From contig OZ249436.1 in the NCBI GenBank assembly GCA_965235115.1, positions 45,572,001 to 45,636,000 on the forward strand: a stretch of DNA of 64,000 nt, in the 5' to 3' direction. This document shows positions 39,749 through 53,200 of the stretch, in pieces (the first letter of the stretch is position 1; each line of letters begins with the position of its first letter). The notes under the pieces were generated by a model. The model was not told the origin of the DNA. It saw nothing but the letters and a program-made list of their open reading frames with translations, and searched no databases. The stretch is from Laetmonice hystrix. Its lineage: Eukaryota. Both the position numbers and the translations under genes were made by a program.

Positions 39749-41473
39749 GGTTGTACATTGCCCAACTCCTAAGAGCAGGTGGGTGTGTTTAATTTACTTA
39801 CAATAGGTGCTTCTGCATCCCATATATCGATTATGAACACTTGTCAAGGTGAAGCCCTAATTTTGTCACGAATTAAAATCAGTAATTCGTATTTAAAGCT
39901 TTGTAAAATATATGAAAGCGGAAGTTTCGGTCTCGATCATACTTTGAACACCAGTGGTAGTACATGTGTACATGGATTTTGTTAGGGTAGCAATGGCGTA
40001 CAATTATTTAAAGTTTGCTAAGGGCTTAGGATCCATTATTTACTACCCTTGTACTCCAGTGAAATCGGTCACAGCCAGGTTCTACACAAAGCAGTATTAT
40101 AAATTACTGATTAAACTTATACGGGAGGCATTTTTGTGCAGAATTATAAAATGTTAAACCGTCATGCAAGTCCTCACCACTAGATGTCGCAATACACCCC
40201 AAGGGGTGTAATGACGTGTATACTGCAGAGGTCAGGTCATAGGTCAGCTTTGGCTCTGATAAAGACTGTTAGCTTTTAGTTAAAGTCCTCATGAACTGTG
40301 TATTATATACCTGTATACATGTAAGCAGCAATTAGAAAGGAGTGTGCTCTGCCATAGTCAAACGATGAAGGTGGATAATAAATGTGACGTACCATAGAAT
40401 TAATTGTAAGACGTTTGTATAAATCATGTATAATAGCTAAGGTGTTCAGTAAATGAAATTCAGACCTAGTCTTCGTTATAATTCAACTTGAGCCGCCATT
40501 CCAAATTCCAGAGAGGAGTTTGAGACTGGACGGTCTTTTTTTTTTGTATACAAAAAAAAATAAATAAAAGTATACCGGGATTCATTTAAAGTTTCTTGTT
40601 GTTGGCATTTCCTTGTGTTCGCACTATTTACAAGGAGCATTTCACCGACACAGATATCGGAGTAGACTCGGGGGGGGGGGGGGGGGGGAACGTGTTCCCA
40701 TGCCTGGAGAAAACAGCTGTCTGTATGTGCAGCGGAGGGGGGGGGGGGTTGAGTCTATTTGGTAGGGGTCTAGACGATAGGGGGTTTATACCTTCATGAT
40801 ACCAATGTGAGATAGACTGAAGTGCAGCAGCTTCTCTTCCCAGATAGATAGGTCCCGGCCTACCGACCATGGCCCTCAGGTGGCAAAAGTCAGCATTTAT
40901 TTTTGGCCAAGTCGGTGACAAGTCGCTCTTCTTCACAAGTCACCCCCAGTAGGAAAGCTAAACATGGGCCTGTTGGCAAGGCAGTCGGTAACAACCCCCA
41001 CTTCCATTACGTAATGGCGTGTCCAGTTAAGATACATGTAGTTCATTCTCTCCCGCCCCGCGGCCCACAACTGCTGACTTGGGCCAGTTGCCACTTGACC
41101 TACTTCCCTATAGCCGGGAAGTTGTCACTACAAGCGTGTTCGTTACAACCGGACTCCACTGTATTACATTTATCATATGAGCTAAAGTCAAATATTACAG
41201 GACAACTATTTTTATTCACAATTTTATTTAATGTTATTTTGAACAACAGCATCCAAAACTACTTTCCTCAGGTCTCGACTCTCGACGCCATTAGTTTCAC
41301 AGGATAATTACAGATGATGAATGAAAATAGATGAACAAAAAGATGATACATATTGGATGTTTGGGCCAGAAAAATAAAACTGATGTGTGCTCGACGTGTT
41401 AATTACTTGAACCACAGCATGCGTACTCCATAACTGGGACCAGTTCTGGCAGACCCGGCCAATGATTTCTATC

Positions 41474-43003
41474 TTATGCTTCCTCTTCCATAGCTTCATC
41501 ATCTTCGATGACCTGTACCATCTTCTTCTCCAGTTTGGCAGCACGGGCTACAAAAATGAGCAAAAGAATGGATCAAAATGTGCTTTTAGAACACACACTG
41601 ATATATATCGTACTGATTTTGTTGACTGGAATCAAAGGTAGTAATGACAACGTATGTTATTTTCACTTTACAGTTTGTAACTTTTTGAGCTTCAATCTTT
41701 GGCTACGATATGCTCTTATGTTATTTTTCAATGAAACTTACCAGCTGGGGAACGAATGAGATGAATGTTCTTCTCAACCTCTCTGATATCGCTTGCCTTC
41801 CGCAGTTCCTTGCCCTTTCTCAATCTGATAATAAACCAAAGAAATACATGAGGTCTATCTTATATTTCAATTCAAAATCTCTACAATTACATTCTTTATT
41901 TACATTACAATTACATATTTTATACTTTTTTGGTCAGACTTAGAGTGGCAGCACTGTAACCTCCTTAGCACATATCTTATCATGACATCTATTGTTACAT
42001 ACTGTAATGTACAATGGCAGCATGTTACAATGTAATTATTCCGACCAATATTGGAAGGATGAGGCACAAGGCATAATTTTCAATATTCCATCAGAAGAAT
42101 CCAGGCTAAGCTTTCCAAAATCTTATGAGTTTACCTGTTGATAATATGTTGATTCTGCCTTTTTATTTTTATATCTTCCACCTTCTTCATGGCATCAACT
42201 GGAAACAATGTTTGGAAAATTCATATTACAGTTAAAATATAACATACAAATTTTAACTGCATATTTTATATTTATTTCGTGAAATATTGGGAAGCAAAGT
42301 GAAAATAAAATATCCTCCCCCCAAATATTTTTTAAAATGAGTCATGTAAAACAAGAAATTAATTTTAACTGGCCTTAAGGAAATAATGACTCACCTGTGT
42401 GTTTCCATAGAACTCTGTCATATTTCACTGGAACGTGTCTTCTCTTTTCAAATTCAAATGAGGGATCCACTGCAAGGTCTTTTCCCGTGCTCTTTCTGAA
42501 GGCCTTTGTCCATCTCACCTTCCGTGGATTGCGCTTCTTCTTGAATGCTGCATGACATTTGGAGCGACAAAAGCGAAATACCTAGAAAACAAACGCAGTG
42601 CAAATAGGGTTGATTGACTGTAACTGTGTAAGTGTAAACTAAGTATTATTATTCCTGCATAATTCATGAAATTATAATCAGAGCGTTGATGGTACTAATG
42701 TTGGAACAGGGGATGGGGCGGTGCCCCGACTGAGGTGGGGGGGGGGGGGGGGGAGTTAAGCTAGTATGGTTACACCACAGTCAGCAATCAGATGACAACA
42801 TCATTACCCACGTGTCGTTAAATTTGTGCCATCACATCCCACCGGTCTTCAAGTTGTCACCTTGCTGTACACCTTATTTTTTTTGTTTACTGAACGAGAA
42901 CGAAATACCATTATATATTTACCTTACAGTCGTTTCGCACAAACTGTACCCCGTGTCCAGGATACACAGTCGAGGAGCAGAAATAACACTTTTCAAGCCT
43001 CAT
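41474..43003 (-). CDS. RSL24D1: Ribosome biogenesis protein RLP24 (ribosomal L24 domain-containing 1), about 162 aa, 5 exons
   Basis: Exons 43003-42923, 42581-42395, 42198-42135, 41824-41742, 41547-41474. Translation [57 protein letters not shown]. Confidence 0.96.
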
Positions 43004-43852
43004 CTTTCCTCACTCAGTCACTCTTCAAAAAGGAAGTACGCATATCACAGCTTCGGAGATCGAAAATAGCCGTATCCTATTGGTTCCCTACACTAAGCTG
43101 GTTCCCGGCTCACTCGGTAGGTGGCTCTCGACCACAGAGCCACCTAGCGAGTGGGCCGGGAACCAGCCCAGCGCGCACTGGCCCATACTCACCAGGTGGC
43201 GCCAGTTCTAATCCGAGCCTGATTGGACTGTCGAAGTGCATGGTCAACTGCAGACTGTAGGCCTATTGCTATATATATAGGATCAGCATTGCACCACCCC
43301 AGGGGCGGATTTAGGGAGGGGGGGCGAGGGGGCCGCGCCCTTTCGTCAGGGTACTGGTACCAATCAAAAAGGCAAAATTTTGTTCTCAGATGCAGGAAAT
43401 GGCATTTCAGAGATTCTAGATGTGGTGTTTCTATAGTAGGCATTTAACACTCTATTTTCGAAAAGACTCTTTTGAAAGACTCTTTGCGCAAAGATATCTT
43501 TCCTTACAGAAACGCACCCCTGGGGGGCATGCCCGGGGCCGGACCCCCCTACAAGCATCAATAGGGTGTGATCAATAAATATAGATCTCTTTTTACTACT
43601 TATACATTTTTTATGACCCCGAGTTGATCCTTACAGTGATCTGGCAGAGTGAAGGTTTACCAATCCATGCCTACGATCTACAACAAATTAAGGCAGTTAG
43701 ACCCAAGGCCAGGGTCTGACGAGCTTCGCTACAGCGTGCCTACGATCTAGGCTACAACTAGGCGGTTAGACCCAAGGGTCTGACGAGCTTCGCTACAGGT
43801 CCCCGAAGGCCCGCAAATCTATTTGCGACTTACATCCCACGGTCGAGCTCTG

Positions 43853-43978
43853 GGCCCGGTTCACAAACAAAGCCAAGTCAATTTTAATTAACTTGAAATC
43901 CAATTTAACCAATCAGATTCAAGTAAAATTGACTTCAAGTCAATTAAAATTGACTTGACTTTGTTTGGGAACCGGACC
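43853..43978. mobile_element. Short Harbinger-like MITE with CTG TSD
   Basis: CTG|GGCCCGGTTCACAAACAAAGCCAAGTCAATTTTAATT ... AATTAAAATTGACTTGACTTTGTTTGGGAACCGGACC|CTG. Confidence 0.7.
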
Positions 43979-44258
43979 CTGCTTTGCTCCCCCCCCCCCC
44001 CCCCCAATTCATTTCCCGTTCTATATGGCCCGATTATATAAATATCACCCGCCAATCACAGGTGACACGGGTACTACATAACAGTATAAAACAGTGGTTT
44101 CATCGCGATCGGACTCAGCGTACAATGTTCAGGGCGACCTTTTGCGACAATGAAATGAACTTACTCATGAATTCTTATAATTATGTAACATTTTATTGTT
44201 AACAGGTATAAGTAGTGTATAAAATATAAACAACATATGAGACACAAATTCTGTTACA

Positions 44259-47200
44259 TCAATCGGGTTCTTCTCGACGTTCCACGTGGAGCGTGACTTT
44301 ACGCGCCAGCCGCAGCTCTGCCAGCTTTGTTTGCCGGCAGTCGTCGATGGACTGACGCGGGTAGGTGGTACACAGCGTATAGAACTGCTCATGGTAACCG
44401 ACTGACGTCATGAAGTCGAGGATTACCTGCCAGACGAAGCAATGTTATTATTAGGATGAGGTAATATTAACAGCACACGTGGCGTAGTAAATAATGAAGT
44501 GCTTAGATCTAAGCTTAACGTTTCTGACTCGCCGGTCGAATCTTGTGCAGCCGGTAGGCCTACACAGTCCCCATTTAAATGGTATATCGCCCATGATAAC
44601 ATAAACCCCACGAAATTTGGTGGAAAGTAAAGATCCATGGCCCTGACCTTATCTCTAACCCCTAACCCCAGTCCCTACACCTCCCAAAAACATAGGCCTA
44701 TCCCTATCCTATCCCTATCCCTATCCCTGACCTTAACGGCCTAATCCCTGCCCAAACATTTCGTGGAAAGTTATCATGGGGGAAGAACCCTTTAATAGCT
44801 CCCATGCAGTAGCTGTGGGCCAAGAAGTTCTCAAAATATAGCATGCCACATTCATGATTTATGGAATTACAAAATATCAATGAATATCAGATCTGTATGG
44901 TGTGTCAATGAATACCAGACCTGTATGGTGTGTCAATGAATACCAGACCTGTATGGTGTGTCAATGAATAGCAGACCTGTATGGTGTGTCAATGAATACC
45001 AGACCTGTATGGTGTGTCAATGAATACCAGACCTGTATGGTGTGTCAATGAATACCAGACCTGTATGGTGTATCAATGAATACCAGACCTGTATGGTGTG
45101 TCAATGAATACCAGACCTGTATGGTGTGGTGGCTCAGAAATCGGCGGGCGTGAAGTCGTCCTTGAGGAGTCCGTAGTGTGACTGTTACAGTGTCGGTAAG
45201 GTCTGCGTCCGGCTCTGGGGGAAGCTGCGACCTCTGATCATACACAAATATATAGACAGGTGCTAAGAAAAAGAGACAGATCTAATATTTATTTTGATAA
45301 CAAATTTATTACTTAATTATCAGGATAAACATGAATCTTCTCTTTCTAATCGTACCAAATTAGTACAGGTCTGTAGTTCCGTTTCGTTTGGATAGTGTAG
45401 GCCTAGGCTAGGGCCTAGACTAGATCTATGGACCACATTGCAGAGAGTTAAAAACAAAATTGGTTGGACTTATATAGGGGGCCCCTATTTCCTAATGCAA
45501 TGACATGTACAAAAAGAGACTAGGTTTTTAAAACTGCCTTAAATTACAGATTTTGACAAAAGTCTTTGAACATTTGACGGTAGATCTAGGCGCTACCTTA
45601 GGCTTTGTCGGACGCTGTGTATCACTGTCAGCCTCGTCATGGGCGCGACCCACGCCAGGGGGAGCCACTCTGTCTATGAACGCTTGCCGTAAACGTACTA
45701 CGTCCTGACCAGTAGCACCCGGTGTGGATTGTCCGTCAGTCTCAGGCTCCTTACCCTGGAAGCATATCGTCTGAAAGATTACTGGCAAACTTATACGAAT
45801 CGTTTAAATCTTGTAATAAGAAAGAGTCGTAATGAAGAGCTAGTCATTATCTCTCCCAGACCACAGGGATTGTAGCCTAAGCAGCTTCAATGACAATGGA
45901 TTAAGCATAGATAGCTAGCTAGCATAGGCCAGTGTCTATTTATTAAAGGCATTCATTTTGTATCTAGGCCTACGACACCCATCATCCTGATGGTAAACAT
46001 TTCAGCCTTAGTTAAGGCCTATAGTTTTTACTCTATAGGGCCATATAGGGGCCTAGGCCTAGGGCCTTTCGGTACGTTCGACTGAACGTCAGAGATATTA
46101 GGCCTACCCTAGTTAAATTTAAACAATCGCCTACCTAAACATTCTCATTTCCTGAATGTAGCAGTCGCTGTTGCACTGACACTCAGGGGAAACAGTCGTA
46201 AAAATAAAAAAAGCGATTTCAATGTACATATGTAGGCCCTAGCTAGTACGATTATAGTGCTGTAGGCCTATCGCGAGTAGATCTAGGCCCTATCGGGGAG
46301 ACAGAAAAAAAGCCGTCCTGGCCACCGTATCTGAGACCATTTCGCCGAGTCCATTATCTCATGATACGAGTTTTCTTTCATTCTCAAATCAACTGCCATG
46401 CCCAGGTGCGGGTACTCTGAGTGTTTCACTAACCGCGACTGAAGACCGCCCAAAATAGGCCTACAAGGCCCGCGAGTACGAATGCCTCTCCAGTCTGCTC
46501 CAGTCTGTCAGCTGGAGCGCCATCTTCTGGCTTGACTCGGAACGACGGGTTCAGCCGAGTGTGCAGGGCGAGTGGGTGAACCCCGGCGGGGATCATGGCG
46601 GAGTACGGGACCGACGGCCGAGTGAAGGTGGACATCGTGGGCAGTGTGGCTGTACTCACACTGTCATGTGATCAGAACAGGTTCAATAACACCATGATTG
46701 GAAGGATTGACAGGGCACTGGACCAGGTGGAGAGGTAGGCCTAGCGAGGCTATGACTGTATGACCCGAGTAGGACGCCCACACTTTGATGGGGCGTGTTG
46801 TAGGCCGATAATGTAGGCCGAGTACGGTAGATCAGGAGGCCGAGTGGCGGTCACGGTCAGCCTGGCCAGCCTGGCACGAATAGATCTATGTCGGCCTACT
46901 GAACTGCCATGGGGACAGGTTTGTCGGATGAGATCTGCTGTTTGTGCGTATAGGCCTCCGGTCTACGCAGAAGCAGGCCTAATTAATTTGTAGGGGCGTG
47001 GCTTGGCTGAAATAAACGTGTAGGCACTTTTTGCAGGGGGGGGGGGGGGGGGGGTCTGGGGGCATTCTGTGTTGGCACATGGCTGTCAACCCGGGTATGA
47101 TTTTGAGGCTCAATAAAAACGCCATCTCGCCAGCGGTCGGAGCGTTTAGGAAAAGGAAATTCTGGTACTTTTAATTTTAGAATCTATTTTTAATTTAATT

Positions 47201-50200
47201 TTACACATATACACTATACCATATACTCCTACCTAGACCTATCCGCTATCTCTTCTTATGTTTTTTGCATTTTTGTTTTGGTTTGGCATTTCTTATTTTT
47301 TCATTTCTGGGGAAAAAGTGTATCGCAAGCTTAGAAGCTATGCGCCTTTTTCCACCCATTTCCGGGCATTAGGCTAGCCGTATAGCCCCTCTAGGCTTAC
47401 GTAGTTTGTGACAGTCAGATAACTGCTCCCACGCAGTCCGACATTCTGCCGATCGGTGTGCAACACATGCAATCAAGTCCCCAGACCCTAATCCGAACCC
47501 TAAATATATACTAACGGTATATCTAAATAAATATTTTATTTAAAAAGAAAAACAATACTACTAACAAGCAGAAATAATTAACGACAACTGTGGACCCCTC
47601 GACCGTGTCTAATAAAGTAACTGACTATAGGCAATGATACAAATTTAATCTGGGTCCGTGATTAAGCCTAATAAATCCAGGCCTCGAAATGTCCGGCAAT
47701 TGGGGGGGGGGGGGTAAATGTCTTTACCCGCTGATTTCAATTTGACCTGTTTCCTTCAAGCAATGAGAAGGTGCAAGCCTTGGTGACCACGGCAGACGGC
47801 CCGAGGTTCAGTACCGGGCTGGACCTTCCGTGGCTGCGAACTCTGCCCACAAGGGGGCGCCACGAGGGTACTGCCCCGCACTTCTTGACCAACTTCACCC
47901 GGCTCCTGATGAGAGTTCTTACTTTCCCTATGCCAACGGTCGCCGCTATAAACGGTAACTGATACATGATTACACCTGACAGTACTAATCCCTAAGTGAC
48001 CTGCAGGCTCACTGACCAGTTCTAAGACAGCTAGGGTTCTTAACTTCACAGCACTGAAGAACCTTCAGAATTCATCGACTTCTCAATCACCAAAATGTAA
48101 TTTTCCCAAACCAAGATAATAAATCAGGCATGGAAAGGCAACACTTTTAAGCCTAGATATTTTGTGCAATAATTTGCAGGTTTCAGAATACATTGTATGT
48201 CATTGTAAATATTGGCTGGACCATGGTCTGTGGCTAGGCCTACCCTTGAGGTCTTCCTATGTTCCCAGGTCATATGCTGTAGCGGGCGGGGCGATTTTGT
48301 ACGTTTGCAGGTCATGTTTTAGTGGGCGGTGCGATTTGGTATGTGTTTGCAGGTCATGCCGTAGCGGGTGGCGCGATTTTTGCACTTGCCCATGATGTAA
48401 GGATAATGCAGTCCGACTCAGGCTGGTTTTGGATAAGTGAGGTATGGCTAGGCCTTCCCATTCGTGGGAAACTGAAAGCTCTCATCAGGTAAATAGATCC
48501 TCAGGTTCATTACTACATCTTTGTCTCTGAGTACAACTTTGATTGGATATCGCATCATGAACATGGCTTACGTAATTGAGAATACAGTCAGGCCTGGTTA
48601 ATTCATGCTTCTTTAATCCGTATACCTCACAATCCGAACACACTTTCCGTAACCTCTTCTACCGTTTTCTATTTAAAATGATTCAGTAATCCGTATATTT
48701 CACAATCCGAACACATTTTAACGGGCACCAAGCTGTCCGGATATACGAGGTCAGACTGTTTCATCTTTTATAAAATGCTGTTTAGCCTACGGTCAGAACT
48801 GGTACAATATGTGAAATATTAATCCATTCCAGAAATCCGTACTCAAAATCTCAGACTGTTATTACAATAGGGCGTATGCCGCCACCTTTTATACATATCC
48901 TAAACTATCATGTTATGACCTTTAATCTTTATCATGAATTTTTCTCTCCGTTTCAGAGAAAAAATACCAAATGGTGCGGCATTCAGCGAGTCGGTTGTCC
49001 TAGGTAAGCGACTCGTCGGGAGAGACGCTGAACGTCTCGGTATTGTCCAGGCGACGTGTCCAGGAGACAAACTCCGTACTACATCCATTGCCATGGCAAC
49101 TAATCTCGTCTCACAAAGGCCGTATCGCCGAGCGTTTATAGCGGCGCACAAACAGAACATGTATTCAACGGTTGTGAATGCAGAGCAGAACTATGATTTG
49201 ATGGATTTAATATCACGTTTATAAACGAGCAGAAACGGATGATATGAAGTCTGTATTATAGAGTTACCACCCGGTACAGATGGCGGAAATTTAAACCAAT
49301 TCACTAAACGTTTAATTTACAGTCTGATCATCAGTCTTATCAGAATGTATTGTTGTATGCAGGGGCGCCGTTGTTCAATAGCTGGGACACAATTTTATAT
49401 GTGTTAAAGTTTAACAGGTTCGTGTGTATTCTAATAATCCAGATTCGTTTACTTGCGTTTCGTTGTATGATCATGTATTAATAAAATTAACCTTTTTTCT
49501 AATACAGTGTGTATAACAATGTAGCTATGGACCCAGTCTGTGGGTTGCGACAACGTCAAGTACAATGTCCAAGCATTGCATTGCTCTTTAACAATTACCG
49601 AAGGGTGCGCCTCCATCATAATACTCTCCCTCATTTTAAGCTCCCCAATTGTGTACACTCTCCCCTAATTTACGCTCCCCTATTGTGTGAGTCACCCAAA
49701 TTTAAGCTCCCCCATTGTGTAAACTAGCCCCAATTTTGTTTTCGCCATCGTGTACACTCGCCCCCAATTTGTACTCCCCCATTGTGTACACTCGCCCCCA
49801 ATTTGTGCTCCCCCATTGTGTACACTCGCCCCCAATTTGTGCTCCCCCATTGTGTACACTCGCCCCTAATTTGTACTCCCCCATTGTGTACACTCGCCCC
49901 TAATTTGTACTCCCCCATTGTGTACACTCACCCCTAATTTGTACTCCCCCATTGTGTACACTCACCCCCAATTTGTGGCCGGGTTTGCGCCAGGCAGGGT
50001 CCAACGTTCTATGTAAGGCTTCTTCCTTCCTCCTCAGTTTGTCCTGCTGTCGTGGTACAAGTATTCTCTCCTTATAACTCGCTGCCTACAGACCAAAATC
50101 ACATATTCTCTGCTATATTTTCACTTTTCATTGTGTAAAATCTGATGTACAATTATTTCTAAGCCTACAACGTTTGATCGTACAGCTACAAACTGTGGCA

Positions 50201-53200
50201 TAGAGATCTAGGCTAACATAAAACAAATGTACAGAAGAAGAAATGACAGGTATTTCGCGCAGCTTATGGAAGTTTAAAATTGTACCTTTACTAGATGATT
50301 TTCGTGTCTTTTGTTAAGTGCTTCCTGATGCCGCTGTCGAATTTCTGCCGCTGAAAATAAAACTTTCACGTCAAGATGGGAGTAACTGGAGGTTTGAAAA
50401 TAAAACTTTCATGTCAAGATGGGAGTAACTGGAGGTTTGAAAATAAAACTTTCATGTCAAGATGGGAGTCACTGGAGGTTTGAAAATAAAACTTTCATGT
50501 CAAGATGGGAGTCACTGGAGGTTTGAAAATAAAACTTTCATGTCAAGATGGGAGTAACTGGAGGTTTGAAAATAAAACTTTCCATGTCAAAATGGGAGTC
50601 ACTGGAGGTTTGAAAATAAAACTTTCATGTCAAGATGGGAGTAACTGGAGGTTTGAAAATAAAACGTTTATGTCAAGATGGGAGTAACTGGAGGTTTGAA
50701 AATAAAACGTTTATGTCAAGATGGGAGTAACTGGAGGTTTGAAAATAAAACGTTTATGTCAAGATGGGAGTAACTGGAGGTTTGGCTTAGTTTCACGTGG
50801 AGTATCTACTGGCAAGATATACCTTATAGTTTCCATGACATCGAACCAGGCAGGGGCGTCACGGTTGACCTGTTATGTGGAGCCGGTGGGGGGGGGGTAA
50901 TCTCAAGTCTAGAACTTGCATGTAGTTTGCTAACGTGGGACAACATGCAAATAACACGACAGCTGATCCACGGGGTGACCTCCTAATAGATTCCGAGGTA
51001 ACAACTAAAATTCTATCACTAATTCATACCGTCGATCCCTGACACCTTGTCCGGGTTCTAAAACCTCCCACTAATGTGTTCGCACCCCTAGCCCCGCCCC
51101 CGCCCACACCTTGTCCGGGTTCTAAAACCTCCCACTAATGTGTTCGCACCCCTAGCCCCGCCCACACCTTGTCCGGGTTCTAAAACCTCCTACTAATGTG
51201 TTCGCACCCCTAGCCCCGCCCCCCCCCGCCCACACCTTGTCCGGGTTCTAAAACCTCCCACTAATGTGTTCGCACCCCTAGCCCCGCCCCCCACACCTTG
51301 TCCGGGTTCTAAAACCTCCCACTAATGTGTTCGCACCCCTAGCCCCCCCCCCCCCCCCCCACACACACACACCTTGTCCGGGTTCTAAAACCTCCCACTA
51401 ATGTGTTCGCACCCCTAGCCCCCCCCCCCCCCACACACACCTTGTCCGGGTTCTAAAACCTCCCACTAATGTGTTCGCACCCCTAGCCCCCCCCCCCCAC
51501 ACACACACACCTTGTCCGGGTTCTAAAACCTCCCACTAATATGTTCGCATCCCTAGCTCCGCCCACATGCACCTTGTCCGGGTTCTAAAACCTCCCTCTA
51601 AATTCTGTGTTCCCATCCCTAGCCCCGCCGCGCCCCCTCCCGTCCCCGTGTTAACACAGCGTCCCCCGCGAGGGTGGACCATGCAGTCAGGGTAGCTACC
51701 CCCGGGCCTGCAGGCCTATATAGTCTAGGTCTTTAGTTTTCTTTCCCGGTTATAACCATGAAGACTCTACACGTGATACAGAGGTAAACATATCGTAGAA
51801 GAAATGATGCCATTGTCCATATAGTCTTATCCAAGTCTAACTCGAGTGGCTCATGCCAACAGCCAATAGTGATGGTTTTCTTTTTAAACACCAGATGTCA
51901 GCACTAGTGTACTGGGGTGTTCTGTTTCTCCGACCACGGGGGGTGGGCGTCTCGTGCCACAGGTCGATTTGGTGGAGTTTACACAGATATGCATTAATAA
52001 CTTCTTCGCAACCATAGATTCCACCTACGTTCACTTGGTGGACTGTGGTGGAATGAGAGCTGAACATCTGTTGGTGATAAACAGCTGTTGCCGCGGACTT
52101 TTAATTGGCTGAGGGTCAACAAAACTGGATCCATTATTGGGTCATACCCGGGTAGGTCAGGGGGTTAACTATACCTAGGTTGTGTGACAATACCAGCGAT
52201 ATTCAGAGAAAATGTGTATGAATAACATGATCATTAATAATCTATGCATTCATAGAGTCTCATAATGAATTCAATGTCCGACTGTGTCCAGGAGATAGGA
52301 GACATAATGATGTGTACCGGCCTACACGCGGGAGGTTTCACTTTGTTAATTAATTAATTAACAATTATATCCACCAACCAACACTAAAATACAGCTAACA
52401 TTTCAGCTGTAACTGAGTAGGGTGCCACAGTAACATTTTTAGATAGTGTACACAAAGATATGTCACAAACTGCGTCTTTACGTTTTAAGCTTACGTTCAA
52501 ATTACACGGATCGTTTTCTAAAGACGCAAAAAGAAAAAAAAACACAATAGAGAGCATTTTACGATTGTTTTCAATCTTAAAAAAAGTAAGTACTACTGAT
52601 CAACCGACCCCCCCCCCCCCCCCCCCTTACACACACATTCTCAAAGTAACTGAGTTACGCCTGATGTCCGTGCATTTAAAAAGAAACACACACACACACA
52701 AACAGAAAATAATCGCCTGGTTCTGATCAATAGAGGTGTGACGTGTTTGACTAACGCAGTTCACAGAGAACCTTTGGATTCCGGACCTCCCGATGTAACC
52801 AAACTAGGGAGTGGTTTTCCTTTGAAAATATCTATCCATGTATGATATTTAGTTATCTACGTAGTTTAGTAAAGAGGCCATTCGACTGGTTCAAATGTCT
52901 ATACCAAGAACCTTTCACCGATTAGACATAGCTCCAACTTAACAATGCGTCTACCATTGTGGTATTCCATTAATAGATGTTATCTATAGTGTTATCAGTG
53001 GTGGGATTAACGAGAACCACCGATACAAGGCCGTGTCACCATCTAATCTATGTGTTATCTGATTAATACTTTCCGATCATACCGAGGGAAGAGTACACCT
53101 GTAACTGGACGATACAACCAGAGAAAACAAGACTAAAGCGGACTGAGGCTGGGTCCAGCTGGTCCGATCATGGCTGGACGACCTCTACCCATCTCTAAGG

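Noticed and set aside
46135..46400. UBXN8 first exon next to the crotonase promoter
   Set aside because: The donor at about 46135 gives a stop or frameshift with exon 45755; the true upstream exons lie at 49966-62987.
51042..51632. CRISPR-like repeat/spacer appearance
   Set aside because: Linkers are simple C/CA runs rather than unique spacers; eukaryotic intron with no cas genes.
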